From NCBI GenBank assembly GCA_030647655.1, contig JAUSJH010000003.1:11013-75012 (forward strand): 64,000 nucleotides of DNA, written 5' to 3'. A model generated the notes under the pieces. It made no database searches, was not told the DNA's origin, and saw nothing but the letters and a program-made list of their open reading frames with translations. Origin of the DNA: a bacterium. GTDB taxonomy: Bacteria > Patescibacteriota > Minisyncoccia > Phycocordibacterales > UBA2100. The translations under genes and the position numbers were made by a program. Shown here one piece after another: positions 1 through 10,996 of this stretch (position 1 is its first letter; every line of letters begins with the position of its first letter).

Positions 1-11
1 TCTACACTGGT

Positions 12-1307
12 GTGTGCGTCAATCTTATGAATGACCTTTCGTGGGGCATGCGAGGTGCCGAAGTGCGTCAGCTCCAGACCTTCCTCGTCGGTCAGAATTA
101 TGCAGGCGGTGGAAATTGGATGATAACCGGCTATTTCGGTTCAGCGACGACGCAAGCGGTGCGTAATTTCCAGCAATCGCAAGGTCTCGCAACGACGGGA
201 GCAGTGGATTCAGCGACTCGTGCCGCTATCTCGCGCGTAAGCTGCGGCGGTGGATACAACAATATCTATCCATACAACTACACGACTCCGTATGTTAATC
301 CATTCACCACCCCCTACACTCCTCCGACGCCTACTACAAATGTGTGCACATACCCGTACAATCAAAGCTATGCTTACGGTTACAATTACTGCCCGCCTGC
401 GCCCGTCACTCCTTCGCTCACGTATCTAAACCCGAACTCTGGCGCAGTCGGCGCGACTGTCACGGTTTACGGAAGCGGATTTAGTACGACTGGCAACACC
501 GTGCGTTTCGGCAACGGCATAATCACCAATATCGGTTCTGGCGACGGTCACACGATGACGTTCACAGTTCCATCACAGCTTGTCGGATATGGAACGCAGG
601 TAATGACACTCGGAACCTACAATGTCTCGGTTTCCAACTCACAAGGCTACACGAGCAATTCTCTGCCGTTTACAGTAACCTCGCTCGGCTCGTACGGCGC
701 GCCCACAATCACGAGCTTGAACGGCCCGACGACGCTTGCGACCGGAGTACAGGGAACGTGGACCATTACGGTCAACAACCCGAGCAACCTCTACCTCACG
801 ACCTCTGTAAATTGGGGCGACGCAGGGCAGAATTACGCAAACTCCGCTCTGTCGCAGGTGACGTATGTGCAAGGAACGAACACGCTGACGTTTACTCACA
901 CGTACTACACGGTGGGGACATATACTGTCACCTTTACGGTCTCCAACGGCTCGGGCCAGCAAAACACCACTTCGGCAACTGTCGTCGTAACCGGTGGGAT
1001 AGTTGGAAGCATAACTCTCTCTTCGATCTCACCGACGTCGGGCCATGTGGGTACGCAAATCGTCTTACAGGGAAGTGGATTCTCGTCTTATGACAACGTG
1101 GTGCACTTCGGTATTGGAGGTATGCGCAATGTACAGTCGTATAGCGGGAACATAATCGTCTACACCATTCCGTACGCGGTCTCTCCATGCGACCTCGTCG
1201 GCCCCGGTTGTGCCGCACCCTCGATGCTCGTCACTCCCGGCTCGTATCCTATCTACGTGACCAACAGTCAAGGCACTACAAACACGCTCACATTCCAGGT
1301 TCTGTAA
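12..1307 (+). CDS. Surface protein: peptidoglycan-binding domain, IPT/TIG and PKD-like Ig domains (probably 5'-truncated by the window)
   Basis: G..G.EVRQLQTFL...TGYFGSATTQAVRNFQ...G...TGAVDSATRAAI PG-binding motif; IPT repeats (PNSGAVGATVTVYGSGF, PTSGHVGTQIVLQGSGF); PKD-like VNWGD...HTYYTVGTYTVT; frame open to the window edge. Confidence 0.8.
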   Translation: MCVNLMNDLSWGMRGAEVRQLQTFLVGQNYAGGGNWMITGYFGSATTQAVRNFQQSQGLATTGAVDSATRAAISRVSCGGGYNNIYPYNYTTPYVNPFTTPYTPPTPTTNVCTYPYNQSYAYGYNYCPPAPVTPSLTYLNPNSGAVGATVTVYGSGFSTTGNTVRFGNGIITNIGSGDGHTMTFTVPSQLVGYGTQVMTLGTYNVSVSNSQGYTSNSLPFTVTSLGSYGAPTITSLNGPTTLATGVQGTWTITVNNPSNLYLTTSVNWGDAGQNYANSALSQVTYVQGTNTLTFTHTYYTVGTYTVTFTVSNGSGQQNTTSATVVVTGGIVGSITLSSISPTSGHVGTQIVLQGSGFSSYDNVVHFGIGGMRNVQSYSGNIIVYTIPYAVSPCDLVGPGCAAPSMLVTPGSYPIYVTNSQGTTNTLTFQVL

Positions 1308-1354
1308 GAGCACAGTGAAAAAGGGGCCTCCGTGTGGCACATAATGTCAGCTTT

Positions 1355-1957
1355 ATGCATCATGTGCGAACACATCGGTACTTCCTTCTCATCTCCGGTC
1401 TCCTTATAGCAGCACTTCTTTTCTTAGTGCCTATCGCAATGAGGGCTGCCGTCTCGCATTACATCTATACTTCGGTAGATGATGTGCCCAGGAGTGACAT
1501 AGCGCTCGTTTTGGGCGCATCGGTCGTGCGAGGTGCGCCGTCGCCTATCCTTGCAGAGCGCGCCGACTCGGCAATCGCCCTCTACCGTGCTGGGAAGGTG
1601 CGGAAGATATTGGTCACGGGAGACAGTAGCGCCGCATCATATGATGAAGTGACGCCGGTCCGGAAGTATTTGCTCAATGCAGAAATACCGTCTTCGGATA
1701 TCTTGCTCGATCAAGCGGGCGTCGATACTTACAGCAGTCTCTATCGCGCGCGTGAGGTATTTCTCGCGCGTTCGCTTACTGTTGTAACGCAGGATTTCCA
1801 CCTGCCTCGCGCGCTATGGATAGCAAGACATCTGGGCCTTACGGCGTATGGACTCACCGCCGAAGGCGGGGAGAGTTCAGTGCACGACTCTCTTCGCGAG
1901 ATACCGGCCTCTCTAAAAGCTCTCTGGAACATCCTCACGTATCGAGAGCCACGATAG
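1355..1957 (+). CDS. SanA/YdcF/ElyC (DUF218) family membrane protein
   Basis: N-terminal TM; ALVLGA, KILVTGD, D.AGVDTYSS, VVTQDFHLPRA motifs. Confidence 0.85.
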   Translation: MHHVRTHRYFLLISGLLIAALLFLVPIAMRAAVSHYIYTSVDDVPRSDIALVLGASVVRGAPSPILAERADSAIALYRAGKVRKILVTGDSSAASYDEVTPVRKYLLNAEIPSSDILLDQAGVDTYSSLYRAREVFLARSLTVVTQDFHLPRALWIARHLGLTAYGLTAEGGESSVHDSLREIPASLKALWNILTYREPR

Positions 1958-2005
1958 CTCGGCTCTGTCACCGCGCCCACAGTATTTGAGTGGTAAAATG
2001 TGAGC

Positions 2006-2371
2006 ATGCGGACCTCGCTTCTCTTGCTCGTGCCATGCGTTCTTCTAGGCGGGCTTATTGTTGGGGTGTACAAACTCGATAGATTCTCTCCGGTCGATCC
2101 GCCCTGTGCGATAGGCGGGTGCCCGCTCTCTTTGTATGGGGTTGATTCGGAGAAGACCTTTGTCTACCGCGTCGGGACGCGATTCGATGTTTCCCTCAAC
2201 GAAGCCAAAAGTCCCCGATCAAGTTTGCGGTGCATTCCCGACGGTGTAATCAGCAATGTTCAAAACACATCGAACGCGCAGCTCCTCTACACTTCCACAT
2301 TCGAGGCGCTCGCAGAGGGCACATGCACTCTCACCGCTGACAATTTTTCCTCCACGATAATAGTTCAGTAA
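2006..2371 (+). CDS. Hypothetical membrane-anchored protein
   Basis: N-terminal TM; TAAAAT -10 box 6 nt before ATG 2006. Confidence 0.6.
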   Translation: MRTSLLLLVPCVLLGGLIVGVYKLDRFSPVDPPCAIGGCPLSLYGVDSEKTFVYRVGTRFDVSLNEAKSPRSSLRCIPDGVISNVQNTSNAQLLYTSTFEALAEGTCTLTADNFSSTIIVQ

Positions 2372-2407
2372 ATGTGCAAGAATTGCTATACTGTGACGTC
2401 TTAGTCT

Positions 2408-3601
2408 ATGATGAAATATATTTACGGCTTTTTGTGCGCGTTGCTTTTCGTACTACCGGTCCCTGCGTCTGCCGCGGCGACGAAATTCGAGGTGACCGGC
2501 TGGATTCCGTACTGGCGCGCGGCGACAGGCACTGCCGACACTATGCCCAACCTGAGCAAACTCACGGAAGTAAACCCATTCGTCTACACCATTAAATCCG
2601 ACGGCACGCTCCTCGATAATGGCAAGCTCGACGAGGAGCCATGGGTAAGTTTCATCGCCGAAGCCAAGCGGCAAAAAGTGCGCGTCATCCCTACCATTAT
2701 GACCGGCAACAGTGAACTCTTGCACAAACTCTTAAGCAAACAAAAATCGCGTATCGCGCTTGAGGATCGCATCACTGCACTGGTAAAAGAAAAGGGATTC
2801 GACGGCATCGATATAGATTTTGAAGGTAAGAAAGCCGAAGACCGTATCTTCTTCTCGACCTTTCTCAAAGGGCTCTATCAGCGTATGGGAAAGAAATGGG
2901 TCATGTGTACGATCGAGACGCGAATACCGAATGCCGACCGCTATTACGGGACAACCGTACCGCCGGATGCGGGTAAATTCGCCAATGACCTGAAGGAAAT
3001 CAACAAATACTGCGACCGTGTGCGAATCATGGCCTACGACCAGCAGAATATAGATCTCAAGCTTGCGTCCAAGTACGCCTCTTCCTCACAACTCTATGCA
3101 CCGGTGGGTGACCCTGCGTGGATAGAAAAGGTAGTGAATCTTATGGCGAAGGACATCAAAAAGAGCAAAATACTGATCGGCGTGCCGACCTACGGCTACG
3201 AACACGACGTTACTGCGTATGCCAATAATGAATACATATACGATATCCTCTGGACCTTCAATCCTGGTTACGCTATCCCGCTTGCAGCGCAGTACGGCGT
3301 TACACCGGAGCGCACGCCGTGGGGTGAGATGGCATTCACATACGTCCCAACCGCCGCTTCCACAACGCCGCCCATCTCGGTCACGACTCCCGCGCTTGCA
3401 GCCTCAGGAGCGGCGTCCTTGATAGCGACAGCTGTAAATACAAACCGGACGTTCCGTTACGTCGTGTGGCCGGACGCGCAATCTATCCAACAGAGAATAG
3501 AGCTCGCGAAGAAACTCGGCGTGCGGGGCATCTCCATATTCAAGCTCGATGGCGGCCAAGATCCGAACATATGGGCCGTGCTCCAAGGCGTGAAAAAGTA
3601 A
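2408..3601 (+). CDS. Secreted glycoside hydrolase family 18
   Basis: Signal peptide; FDGIDIDFE catalytic DxxDxDxE; IMAYDQ; KILIGVPTYG. Confidence 0.9.
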   Translation: MMKYIYGFLCALLFVLPVPASAAATKFEVTGWIPYWRAATGTADTMPNLSKLTEVNPFVYTIKSDGTLLDNGKLDEEPWVSFIAEAKRQKVRVIPTIMTGNSELLHKLLSKQKSRIALEDRITALVKEKGFDGIDIDFEGKKAEDRIFFSTFLKGLYQRMGKKWVMCTIETRIPNADRYYGTTVPPDAGKFANDLKEINKYCDRVRIMAYDQQNIDLKLASKYASSSQLYAPVGDPAWIEKVVNLMAKDIKKSKILIGVPTYGYEHDVTAYANNEYIYDILWTFNPGYAIPLAAQYGVTPERTPWGEMAFTYVPTAASTTPPISVTTPALAASGAASLIATAVNTNRTFRYVVWPDAQSIQQRIELAKKLGVRGISIFKLDGGQDPNIWAVLQGVKK

Positions 3602-3644
3602 TGCACAGGAGACTTTTTGGAAGTCGTGTATAATGGCCAGCGTT

Positions 3645-4370
3645 ATGCCAGAACAATCTGCAACAAAAGATTACAGCGCTCTCTACACACCGCTCGCGAT
3701 ACTTCTCGCGGGCGCGCTTGTGGCAGGGGGGTTATATTTCGGTCTCGCAGGAAAAGCGGGAAATACGGGCACCGACCCTGCGCCAGTTGCGGTGGATATC
3801 AAAGACGTCCAACAGGATGGCGAGCCGTACATCGGTGATAAAAATGCGAAGGTCGTTTTGGCCTACTGGTTCGATTACCAGTGCCCGTTCTGCAAGGCTG
3901 TTGACGTGGGGGGTGTCGCAGGGATTCCGATTGAACCATCCATGCCAACTCTGATAAAGGATTATGTGAATACAGGCAAGTTGAAGATAGTATTCAAGGA
4001 CTACGCGTTTTTGAGCGACGACTCCTTTACAGCGGCGAACTACGAAAACGCGGTGTGGAAACTCTATCCGGACAAGTTCTATGAATGGCACGAGGCGATG
4101 TTTAAGGCGCAGGATGAAGAACACGCTGGTTTTGGCAACGAAGCCAGTATCGTTGCGCTCATGAAGAAAATTCCGGGCATCGATGCCGACAAAGTGAAGG
4201 CGGATGTTGCGGCGAACAGCGCGGCGTACCGCGAGGAAGCGGCTGCCGACCAACAGGAGGGCACATCTTTCGGCATCAGCGGAACGCCGGGCTTCATCAC
4301 CGGCAAGACTCTTATACCCGGGGCGGCCGAACTCGACAAATTCAAAGCGGCCATCGACCCGCAGCTGTAG
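3645..4370 (+). CDS. DsbA-family thioredoxin-fold oxidoreductase
   Basis: N-terminal TM; DYQCPFC; GISGTPGF; the ATG at 3633 overlaps a TATAAT box, so 3645 is preferred. Confidence 0.88.
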   Translation: MPEQSATKDYSALYTPLAILLAGALVAGGLYFGLAGKAGNTGTDPAPVAVDIKDVQQDGEPYIGDKNAKVVLAYWFDYQCPFCKAVDVGGVAGIPIEPSMPTLIKDYVNTGKLKIVFKDYAFLSDDSFTAANYENAVWKLYPDKFYEWHEAMFKAQDEEHAGFGNEASIVALMKKIPGIDADKVKADVAANSAAYREEAAADQQEGTSFGISGTPGFITGKTLIPGAAELDKFKAAIDPQL

Positions 4371-4450
4371 GCATTTCTTGACTCAAGGGATGAAATAGGG
4401 CACAATTGAGCCACGGTGCCTCGGCAACGAGGCATTTTGCTTTCACAAGT

Positions 4451-6247
4451 ATGGAAATCCGCAATATAGCTATCATCGCCCACGTCGACCACGGCAAGAC
4501 GACCTTGACCGATGCACTCTTGCGACAGACCGGCGTCGGCGAAGAGGGCGTTTCGATGGATAGTAACGCACTCGAACTCGAGCGCGGCATCACCATCTAT
4601 TCCAAGAATGCGGCGGTTTTTTATAAGGACACAAAAATAAATATTGTTGATACCCCCGGCCACGCCGACTTCGGCAGCGAAGTGGAGCGCGTCTTACGCT
4701 CCATCGATTCGGTTTTGCTTGTGGTGGACGCGCAGGAAGGCCCGATGCCCCAGACGCGTTTCGTCCTCAAGAAATCTCTCGAGCTCGGTATCAAGCCGAT
4801 AGTCGTCATCAATAAGATCGACAAGCCGGCGGCCAATCCTGCACGCACCGAAGAGCAGGTACTCGAACTTTTTCTCGAACTCGGCGCGTCTGATGAGCAG
4901 GCCAATTTTCCGGTAGTCTATTCAATCGGCCGCCAGGGCATCGCCAAGCGGAAGCTCTCCGATGAGTCCACAGACCTCACGCCGCTTCTCGACACAATTC
5001 TCGCACATGTGCCTCCGGCTTCGAGCCCGGAATCTCTTGGAAAGTCCGCGCGCCTGCAGCCTTTCAATCTCGGCTATGACAATTTCTTGGGCCGTTTGGC
5101 GATCGTGCGTGCCTATGAGGGAGTGCTTAAAACGGGGGATGCGGTGTTCGTAAAAAAAATAGGCGGGGAAACGCACACAGGCAAAATAACCAAGATGTTC
5201 ACATTCCGCGGATTACACAAAGTGGAATCAAGCGAAGTCGTGGCCGGTGATATCGCCATGATCGCGGGAATTCCAGAAATCTACATCGGGGAAACAATTA
5301 CAGTTGATGCGAATGCGGAGCCACTTCCGGCTATCGCTATTGATGAGCCGACCATCACACTCAATTTCCTCGTCAACAACTCGCCCTTTGCCGGACGCGA
5401 AGGCAAATTCGTCACATCCCGACAGATCAAAGAAAGGTTGGAGCGCGAGCTCGAGGTCAACGTCGGTCTCAAGGTGGATTTTGATTCTGGCGATGTTTCC
5501 CACGTATCCGGCCGTGGCGAATTGCACATCGCGATTCTTCTGGAGAATATGCGCCGCGAAGGATACGAAATGCAGGTCTCCCAACCGCAGGTCATTTTCC
5601 GAAGGGAAAATGACGGCGAGGTAGTGACCGAGCCGTATGAGGAGGTAATAGTCGACACGCCGCAGGAATATCAGGGTTCGGTCATCGAGCGTTTGGGCAC
5701 CCGCAAATTCATCATGAAAGATCTCAAAGTGCACGAGAATCAAGTGCGCCTCACATTCGAAGGCCCGACACGCGGGCTTTTGGGATACCGCTCTCAATTC
5801 GTACTCGATACTAAGGGCGAGGGAATCCTGTCGTCGCGCGTGGTGGGATTCCGGCCGCACGCTGGCGAGATAAAAAAGAAGCAAGTCGGCTCCATGATTT
5901 CCATGGCGAGCGGAAAAGCGCTCGGATTTTCCCTGTGGAATCTTCAGGACCGCGGTGTCTTGTACATCAACCCAGCTACCGAAGTGTATGAAGGTCAGGT
6001 TATCGGCAATACGTCCAAAGGTGAAGAGATGGCGGTGAATCCGACCAAAGGGAAACAGCTCACCAACATGCGCTCAAAGGGAACCGATGAAGCGCTCAAT
6101 CTTATTCCGCCGTTTGAGCTCACGATAGAGCGCGGTCTTGAAGTGATGGCCGAAGACGAATATCTCGAGATTACGCCGAAGAACGTGCGCCTGCGCAAAC
6201 AGCAGCTCACCGAAATAGATCGTTCGCGCTCACGACGCCAAGGATAA
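4451..6247 (+). CDS. typA: Translational GTPase TypA/BipA
   Basis: [47 protein letters not shown]. Confidence 0.97.
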   Translation: MEIRNIAIIAHVDHGKTTLTDALLRQTGVGEEGVSMDSNALELERGITIYSKNAAVFYKDTKINIVDTPGHADFGSEVERVLRSIDSVLLVVDAQEGPMPQTRFVLKKSLELGIKPIVVINKIDKPAANPARTEEQVLELFLELGASDEQANFPVVYSIGRQGIAKRKLSDESTDLTPLLDTILAHVPPASSPESLGKSARLQPFNLGYDNFLGRLAIVRAYEGVLKTGDAVFVKKIGGETHTGKITKMFTFRGLHKVESSEVVAGDIAMIAGIPEIYIGETITVDANAEPLPAIAIDEPTITLNFLVNNSPFAGREGKFVTSRQIKERLERELEVNVGLKVDFDSGDVSHVSGRGELHIAILLENMRREGYEMQVSQPQVIFRRENDGEVVTEPYEEVIVDTPQEYQGSVIERLGTRKFIMKDLKVHENQVRLTFEGPTRGLLGYRSQFVLDTKGEGILSSRVVGFRPHAGEIKKKQVGSMISMASGKALGFSLWNLQDRGVLYINPATEVYEGQVIGNTSKGEEMAVNPTKGKQLTNMRSKGTDEALNLIPPFELTIERGLEVMAEDEYLEITPKNVRLRKQQLTEIDRSRSRRQG

Positions 6248-6266
6248 TTTTGATATACTTCGGTCA

Positions 6267-6710
6267 ATGATAAAGCGCCCGATGCTCCCGAGCGATGAGC
6301 GAGGCAGTACTAAGGCCAGCAGGCCGCACGTGCCGGAGAGCGAAGAGGGGTACAAGGAGATGCTCACGCCGGAAGAGTATGCGGTCCTGCGCGAGAAGGG
6401 GACCGAAGCGCCTTTTACAGGTGAGTATGTGCATGAAAAAGCAGACGGCACGTACGAGTGCAAAGCCTGTGGCAATCCGCTTTTCTCATCGGACGTAAAA
6501 TTCGATTCAGGTACCGGCTGGCCTTCATTCGACATCGCCCTTCCGGGCGCCGTAGAGAGCCACCGCGATGGGAGTTTGGGTACAGAAAGAATAGAGATTA
6601 CGTGTGCACGCTGCGGCTCGCACCTAGGCCACGTCTTCGACGATGGACCCACATCGACAGGAAAAAGATATTGTGTAAACTCAGTATGTTTGGATTTAGA
6701 AGAGAGATAA
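6267..6710 (+). CDS. msrB: Methionine-R-sulfoxide reductase
   Basis: GTEAPFTG, CKAC, KFDSGTGWPSF, CARCGSHLGHVFDDGP, RYCVNS. Confidence 0.96.
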   Translation: MIKRPMLPSDERGSTKASRPHVPESEEGYKEMLTPEEYAVLREKGTEAPFTGEYVHEKADGTYECKACGNPLFSSDVKFDSGTGWPSFDIALPGAVESHRDGSLGTERIEITCARCGSHLGHVFDDGPTSTGKRYCVNSVCLDLEER

Positions 6711-6720
6711 TAAAAATTGT

Positions 6721-7200
6721 ATGAGTAACAAAGCGTTGATTGGTTTCATCGTTGTTCTCGTCGTTGCAGTCGGAGCGTACTATTTCGCTACGACGCGCCT
6801 TAAAATTGAAGCCCCCGTGAGTCAGGGCATGCCTGTGCTTGGTGGGGAGAACTCTGGTAACGAAATGGTAGTCGAGAATGATCCTCTCGTGAATGGCACG
6901 TGGAAGTCGACGGAGGACTCCAAGTTTACGCGGGAGTTCCGCGCAGACGGCACGGTCGTCGACACATACGAAGGCGATGCCTCGGCGACCTCGATGGGCA
7001 CATACATGGTCGTTGATCCTGCTAGAGAGACGGGTATTCCCGTTCCCGCGGCCAATCTCGCAGGAATGACCATCATCAAGACCACGTGGGCGAACGGTGA
7101 CGTCATGTACTTCGGGGTCAACAGTCTAACGGAGAGCGATCTCAAGCTCGTCAATCTCTCCGGTCGCGGCAATATCCTCATGTTTACGAAAGTCCAATAA
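6721..7200 (+). CDS. Hypothetical membrane-anchored protein (lipocalin-like beta barrel possible)
   Basis: N-terminal TM; LVNGTWKS...F.ADGT pattern. Confidence 0.6.
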   Translation: MSNKALIGFIVVLVVAVGAYYFATTRLKIEAPVSQGMPVLGGENSGNEMVVENDPLVNGTWKSTEDSKFTREFRADGTVVDTYEGDASATSMGTYMVVDPARETGIPVPAANLAGMTIIKTTWANGDVMYFGVNSLTESDLKLVNLSGRGNILMFTKVQ

Positions 7201-7221
7201 ATGGGGGCGAAAGACGAAAAG

Positions 7222-7250
7222 AAAGCGCGGGGCTTCGCCCCGCGCTTTTT
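7222..7250 (+). terminator. Intrinsic terminator, possibly bidirectional
   Basis: AAAGCGCGGGGC-TTC-GCCCCGCGCTTTTT. Confidence 0.75.
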
Positions 7251-7268
7251 ATGTCGTATACTCTCCAT

Positions 7269-7538
7269 ATGGACCTCACCAAAATACCGAAGCAATTCTG
7301 CGAGAACATCGCGTGCGCATTCTCGCAGGAGTTTTTCGTGATGAGTATGCTCACCGGCGAGCAGGGCATTACCTATGCGCTCACGCCCCAGCACATGAAG
7401 CGCCTCGCGCAGTACCTCGCGCACCAGATAGCGGATTATGAAAAGCAATTTGACGCAATCAATGCCGAGTGGGTGCCGGGCATCCAATCGCCAATACAGA
7501 CCAAAGACATAATCGAGGGTAAGGGTCCGAAGGCTTAG
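7269..7538 (+). CDS. DUF3467-like protein
   Basis: LTPQHMKRLAQYL...YEKQF pattern; TATACT 6 nt upstream of ATG. Confidence 0.7.
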   Translation: MDLTKIPKQFCENIACAFSQEFFVMSMLTGEQGITYALTPQHMKRLAQYLAHQIADYEKQFDAINAEWVPGIQSPIQTKDIIEGKGPKA

Positions 7539-7598
7539 ACTGTCCCCAACGGCGTGGATAGGCGAGAGATAGTTGGTTTGGTGTGGTAGGATTTTGGT

Positions 7599-8696
7599 AT
7601 GGACGAGTCGTCAACTCTACCGCGAGTCTCACACCCGCGCCGCATCTCGTGGCTCACGATAATTCTCGCGCTTCTTGCTGTCGGCACCTTCATTGCGATC
7701 TCCCGACCCGACGTGTCGTATTACGGATACCCCGGAATAGGCGGTCTCATGGAATCCACTTTCAAGTCTTCTTCAGTCGATCCGGTAATCCCCCAAGGCG
7801 TGATGATAAACGAAAGTAGTTCGTATGCTGTGCCCACGTCGGCACAAGGGGTGAGTGATGCGATAGGTATGAGTGTTGGCAGGGGCGGAGGCATGCCAGT
7901 CGATTACTATCCGTACCCGACTCCTAATGTACCTGCGAGCGACACGCGGGAATTGCTAAAAGTGAATTACAACGCGACGATGCAGACTCGAGATGCGCAG
8001 GGTCTCACACGCCGAGTGGAGACGACAGTGCGCGGACATGGCGGTCGCATCGACCAAGAGTCGAGTTCAGAGAAATACGGCTACGTGAGCTTCGTTGTGC
8101 CCATGAGCAAGTACGAGACGTTCCGCACTGAGCTCGAAAGCTTGGTCCCCAGCAGATTCCTATCGGTAGATATCCAATCCCAAAACATGTTGCCGCAAAA
8201 GCAGAGCATTGAAGAGCAACAGAAACAGGCCGATACCTCGCTCACGGACGCAAAAGCGGCTCGGCAAAGAATTGTGAACACCCACGCGAGTACCGTGAAA
8301 TCTATACAGACGCAGATAGACGCCAATGTACGAGAGCTCGCAAGCCTGCGAGCGCAGACCCTCACGTATGAAATACAGCTCCAAATACAAACAGTGTCGA
8401 ACGAGCTGCTATGGCAGAGGCAACAACTTGCCGATGAGAACGCGTCGTATTCAGGTGAGTTGAGCAATGCAGATGCCAATATCAAATACGCGCAAGACTG
8501 GCAGAAGGCAGTAAAAACCCAAGATCAGGCCCTCATGGACGATGTCGCGACCGTGAGCGGCACGGTGTCGCTTCAATGGATAAGTCTCTGGCAGATGGCA
8601 CAACTTTACCTCCCCGGCTACTGGATTCCAGCCATATTTGCGGCGCTCGCGCTCCTCTCGTACCTTTGGGATCGCCGCCGGTTTGGGACCGTATAA
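7599..8696 (+). CDS. DUF4349-like membrane protein with coiled coil
   Basis: N- and C-terminal TM; GGRI..ES......VSFVVP...YETF domain; coiled coil. Confidence 0.7.
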   Translation: MDESSTLPRVSHPRRISWLTIILALLAVGTFIAISRPDVSYYGYPGIGGLMESTFKSSSVDPVIPQGVMINESSSYAVPTSAQGVSDAIGMSVGRGGGMPVDYYPYPTPNVPASDTRELLKVNYNATMQTRDAQGLTRRVETTVRGHGGRIDQESSSEKYGYVSFVVPMSKYETFRTELESLVPSRFLSVDIQSQNMLPQKQSIEEQQKQADTSLTDAKAARQRIVNTHASTVKSIQTQIDANVRELASLRAQTLTYEIQLQIQTVSNELLWQRQQLADENASYSGELSNADANIKYAQDWQKAVKTQDQALMDDVATVSGTVSLQWISLWQMAQLYLPGYWIPAIFAALALLSYLWDRRRFGTV

Positions 8697-8742
8697 AGGG
8701 TCCATTTCCCTCAAAACAGGATTTATGGCAAGATAGGCGTAT

Positions 8743-9372
8743 ATGCTGAAATATTTTGTTTGGGCGGGAGTAATAGTTCTTTTAGTAGTGGCAGGGGTAT
8801 TCGTGTGGAAAACGCTCCCGAATGCCTCGAAGCCGGCAGGGCAGCAGTCAGCTCCACAACAGGCGGCGACGAGCACCTACGCCACGACCACATTTTCACT
8901 CGTTTACCCGCGTGATCTCACGGCCGATGAATCTCATGTATACGATAAGGTCAATCCGAAGAAGCCCATCTATGGTGTGAAGTTCGCCGTCGCAACGGCG
9001 ATGGCGACGGGAACCAATCTCTCAAGTGATACATATCTCTCCGTCGAGCAGCTTCCGCGGGCAAAGAAATGTACTGGAGATATCTACCTTGCCGCCAATG
9101 TGAAGCCGAGTGCGCTGACTGAAAACGGTGTCGGGTATTCGGTGGCTACATCAAGCGGGGCGGCGGCGGGGAATCTCTACGAGGAAATGGTGTACGCGCT
9201 TTCGGGAAGCTCGCCATGCACCGCCGTGCGCTACTACATCCACTCAAGCAATATCGGCAACTATGCTACGAGCACGGTGCGCGAATTCGACCGCGTGGCC
9301 CTCCTCGCTGGCTTCGACAAAATCCGTCAATCGCTTGTATTAAACCCGACCGTCTCGACCACGACTCCATAG
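8743..9372 (+). CDS. Hypothetical membrane-anchored protein
   Basis: N-terminal TM, Ser/Thr-rich extracellular part with GAAAGN motif. Confidence 0.7.
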   Translation: MLKYFVWAGVIVLLVVAGVFVWKTLPNASKPAGQQSAPQQAATSTYATTTFSLVYPRDLTADESHVYDKVNPKKPIYGVKFAVATAMATGTNLSSDTYLSVEQLPRAKKCTGDIYLAANVKPSALTENGVGYSVATSSGAAAGNLYEEMVYALSGSSPCTAVRYYIHSSNIGNYATSTVREFDRVALLAGFDKIRQSLVLNPTVSTTTP

Positions 9373-9414
9373 CTCCCGTTTTCTCAAAGGGGAAATGTGT
9401 GAGATGATTTTTGC

Positions 9415-9771
9415 ATGACCGAACGTCAAAATCCGTTTACCGTTGTCGGGGGGAGAGAGCACGTTCCTAATGCTGCGCAGACACGGCCCGAAGCGGCCGC
9501 CGTGCTCGCTGGCTTGTCACCGAAGGAGGCTGAGAGCAAACTCATCTGGCTCAATAAAGAGATCAGAGCCAACCTCCCCGCGGATTACAAATCAAAAATA
9601 CGAAATGATCTCGTAGAGCAAGCTGCAGGGGGGATGCTGGCGTGGACCGTAGCACAGTTGTATACAACACTTTCCCAACCTGATCTCTGGACCCGGTCGT
9701 CGCGCACGGTTGCGGCGCTGGAGGAGGTGCGGCTTAGGATGCTTGCGGGCTCCATGGCCCCTAGAAAGTAG
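9415..9771 (+). CDS. Hypothetical protein
   Basis: ORF with promoter-like motif directly upstream. Confidence 0.55.
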   Translation: MTERQNPFTVVGGREHVPNAAQTRPEAAAVLAGLSPKEAESKLIWLNKEIRANLPADYKSKIRNDLVEQAAGGMLAWTVAQLYTTLSQPDLWTRSSRTVAALEEVRLRMLAGSMAPRK

Positions 9772-9785
9772 AGGTACATAAGGAA

Positions 9786-10626
9786 CGTTTCCCTAAACCG
9801 AAGATTTGTGAGATGATTTCGCGGGCCAATAGTGGGAGGAGAGAATGCGAACAATTACGGTGCTCTTGTGTGTAGGCGCGTTTGCGTGCATGAGTGTCCC
9901 CGCCGTGGCGGTGGAGCGCCTCATCGCGCTTACATTTGACGACGGGCCGTCGCCCGAAACGACACTGAAGTTGCTCGATATCCTGAAGCGGTACGGCGTG
10001 TGCGCAACCTTCTTCGTCATTGGCAACAACGCGAAGGAGTATCCCGGCATCGTGGAACGCGAGAAAGCGGAGTGTCATGTGGTGGCGAATCACTCGATGA
10101 CTCATCCGCATCTTCGCATTCCGTTCATGTCGGAGGTGGCCGTCGCCAGCCAGTTTGGACGTGCCAGCAACGCCATTGCCGCCGCGCTCAAACTCAAAGA
10201 TGTGGTACCTGCGTACGCGCGGGTTCCGGGGTGTGCGAAAAGTCGTTCGATAACAGCCGCACTTTCATGGTTTACGGTCGTGAAGTGCGGCGTCGATCCA
10301 CGCGACTGGGTGCTCTCTAGGCGTTCGGCTCGCCTCGTCGCGAACTACGTGCTCGCGAACGCGACGGCGGGTGAGCCGGTGCTCTTGCACGACATCCGCC
10401 CGACGACCGTCGCCGCCGTACCCGCGATCATCGAAGGATTGTGGGCGCGCGGGTTCCGGCTCGTCACCGTCGCGGAGTTGTACGGCAGGCCAGCCTACAT
10501 GCCAAAGTCGGACTGAATGCGAACAGCACACAGAAAAAGGGGGGGCGCGCGGCACACGGTCGCGCGCCCTCAATGATTTCCGACCTTGACCCCAAACCAT
10601 CCGTTTCCCCAAACCGAAGATTCGTG
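9786..10626 (+). repeat. 25-bp direct repeat (9786-9810 and 10602-10626) flanking the deacetylase gene
   Basis: CGTTTCCCTAAACCGAAGATTTGTG vs CGTTTCCCCAAACCGAAGATTCGTG, 23/25 identical. Confidence 0.75.
9845..10516 (+). CDS. Secreted polysaccharide deacetylase (CE4/NodB domain)
   Basis: ALTFDDGP, ATFFVIG, NHSMTHP, DPRDW, VLLHD; SD GGAGG; GC hairpin downstream (~10543-10569). Confidence 0.92.
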   Translation: MRTITVLLCVGAFACMSVPAVAVERLIALTFDDGPSPETTLKLLDILKRYGVCATFFVIGNNAKEYPGIVEREKAECHVVANHSMTHPHLRIPFMSEVAVASQFGRASNAIAAALKLKDVVPAYARVPGCAKSRSITAALSWFTVVKCGVDPRDWVLSRRSARLVANYVLANATAGEPVLLHDIRPTTVAAVPAIIEGLWARGFRLVTVAELYGRPAYMPKSD

Positions 10627-10752
10627 TGAGGTTGCTATGCTAATGTTTTGCAAAAGACTGCAATAGAGAAATGGGGGTGGGGATAGATGGGAGAGCAGAG
10701 AGGCGGTAGGTGGGGCGGCGGAGGCGGTATACTAATCAACATAGAAATTAAC

Positions 10753-10992
10753 ATGAGACCGGACGACCACCAAGAGAAAATTATCGAGCATCTGGATTTG
10801 CTCAACCGACAGATGGCGTGGCAGAATTCGTTCTGGCGTATGTTGGCAATAGGCATCGTGTACGGCATCGGCTTTTTCGTAGGCTCCGCTATCATCGCGA
10901 CGATTGCGCTCGGTATACTCGGTCCGTGGTTTGCGCAGATTCCGTGGGTTCGCAGTGCCTTTGAGACGGGCATTTCGTTCTTGCCCAGGTAA
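10753..10992 (+). CDS. Small membrane protein (DUF5665-like)
   Basis: GIVYGIGFFVGSAII TM segment. Confidence 0.6.
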   Translation: MRPDDHQEKIIEHLDLLNRQMAWQNSFWRMLAIGIVYGIGFFVGSAIIATIALGILGPWFAQIPWVRSAFETGISFLPR

Positions 10993-10996
10993 CAAC

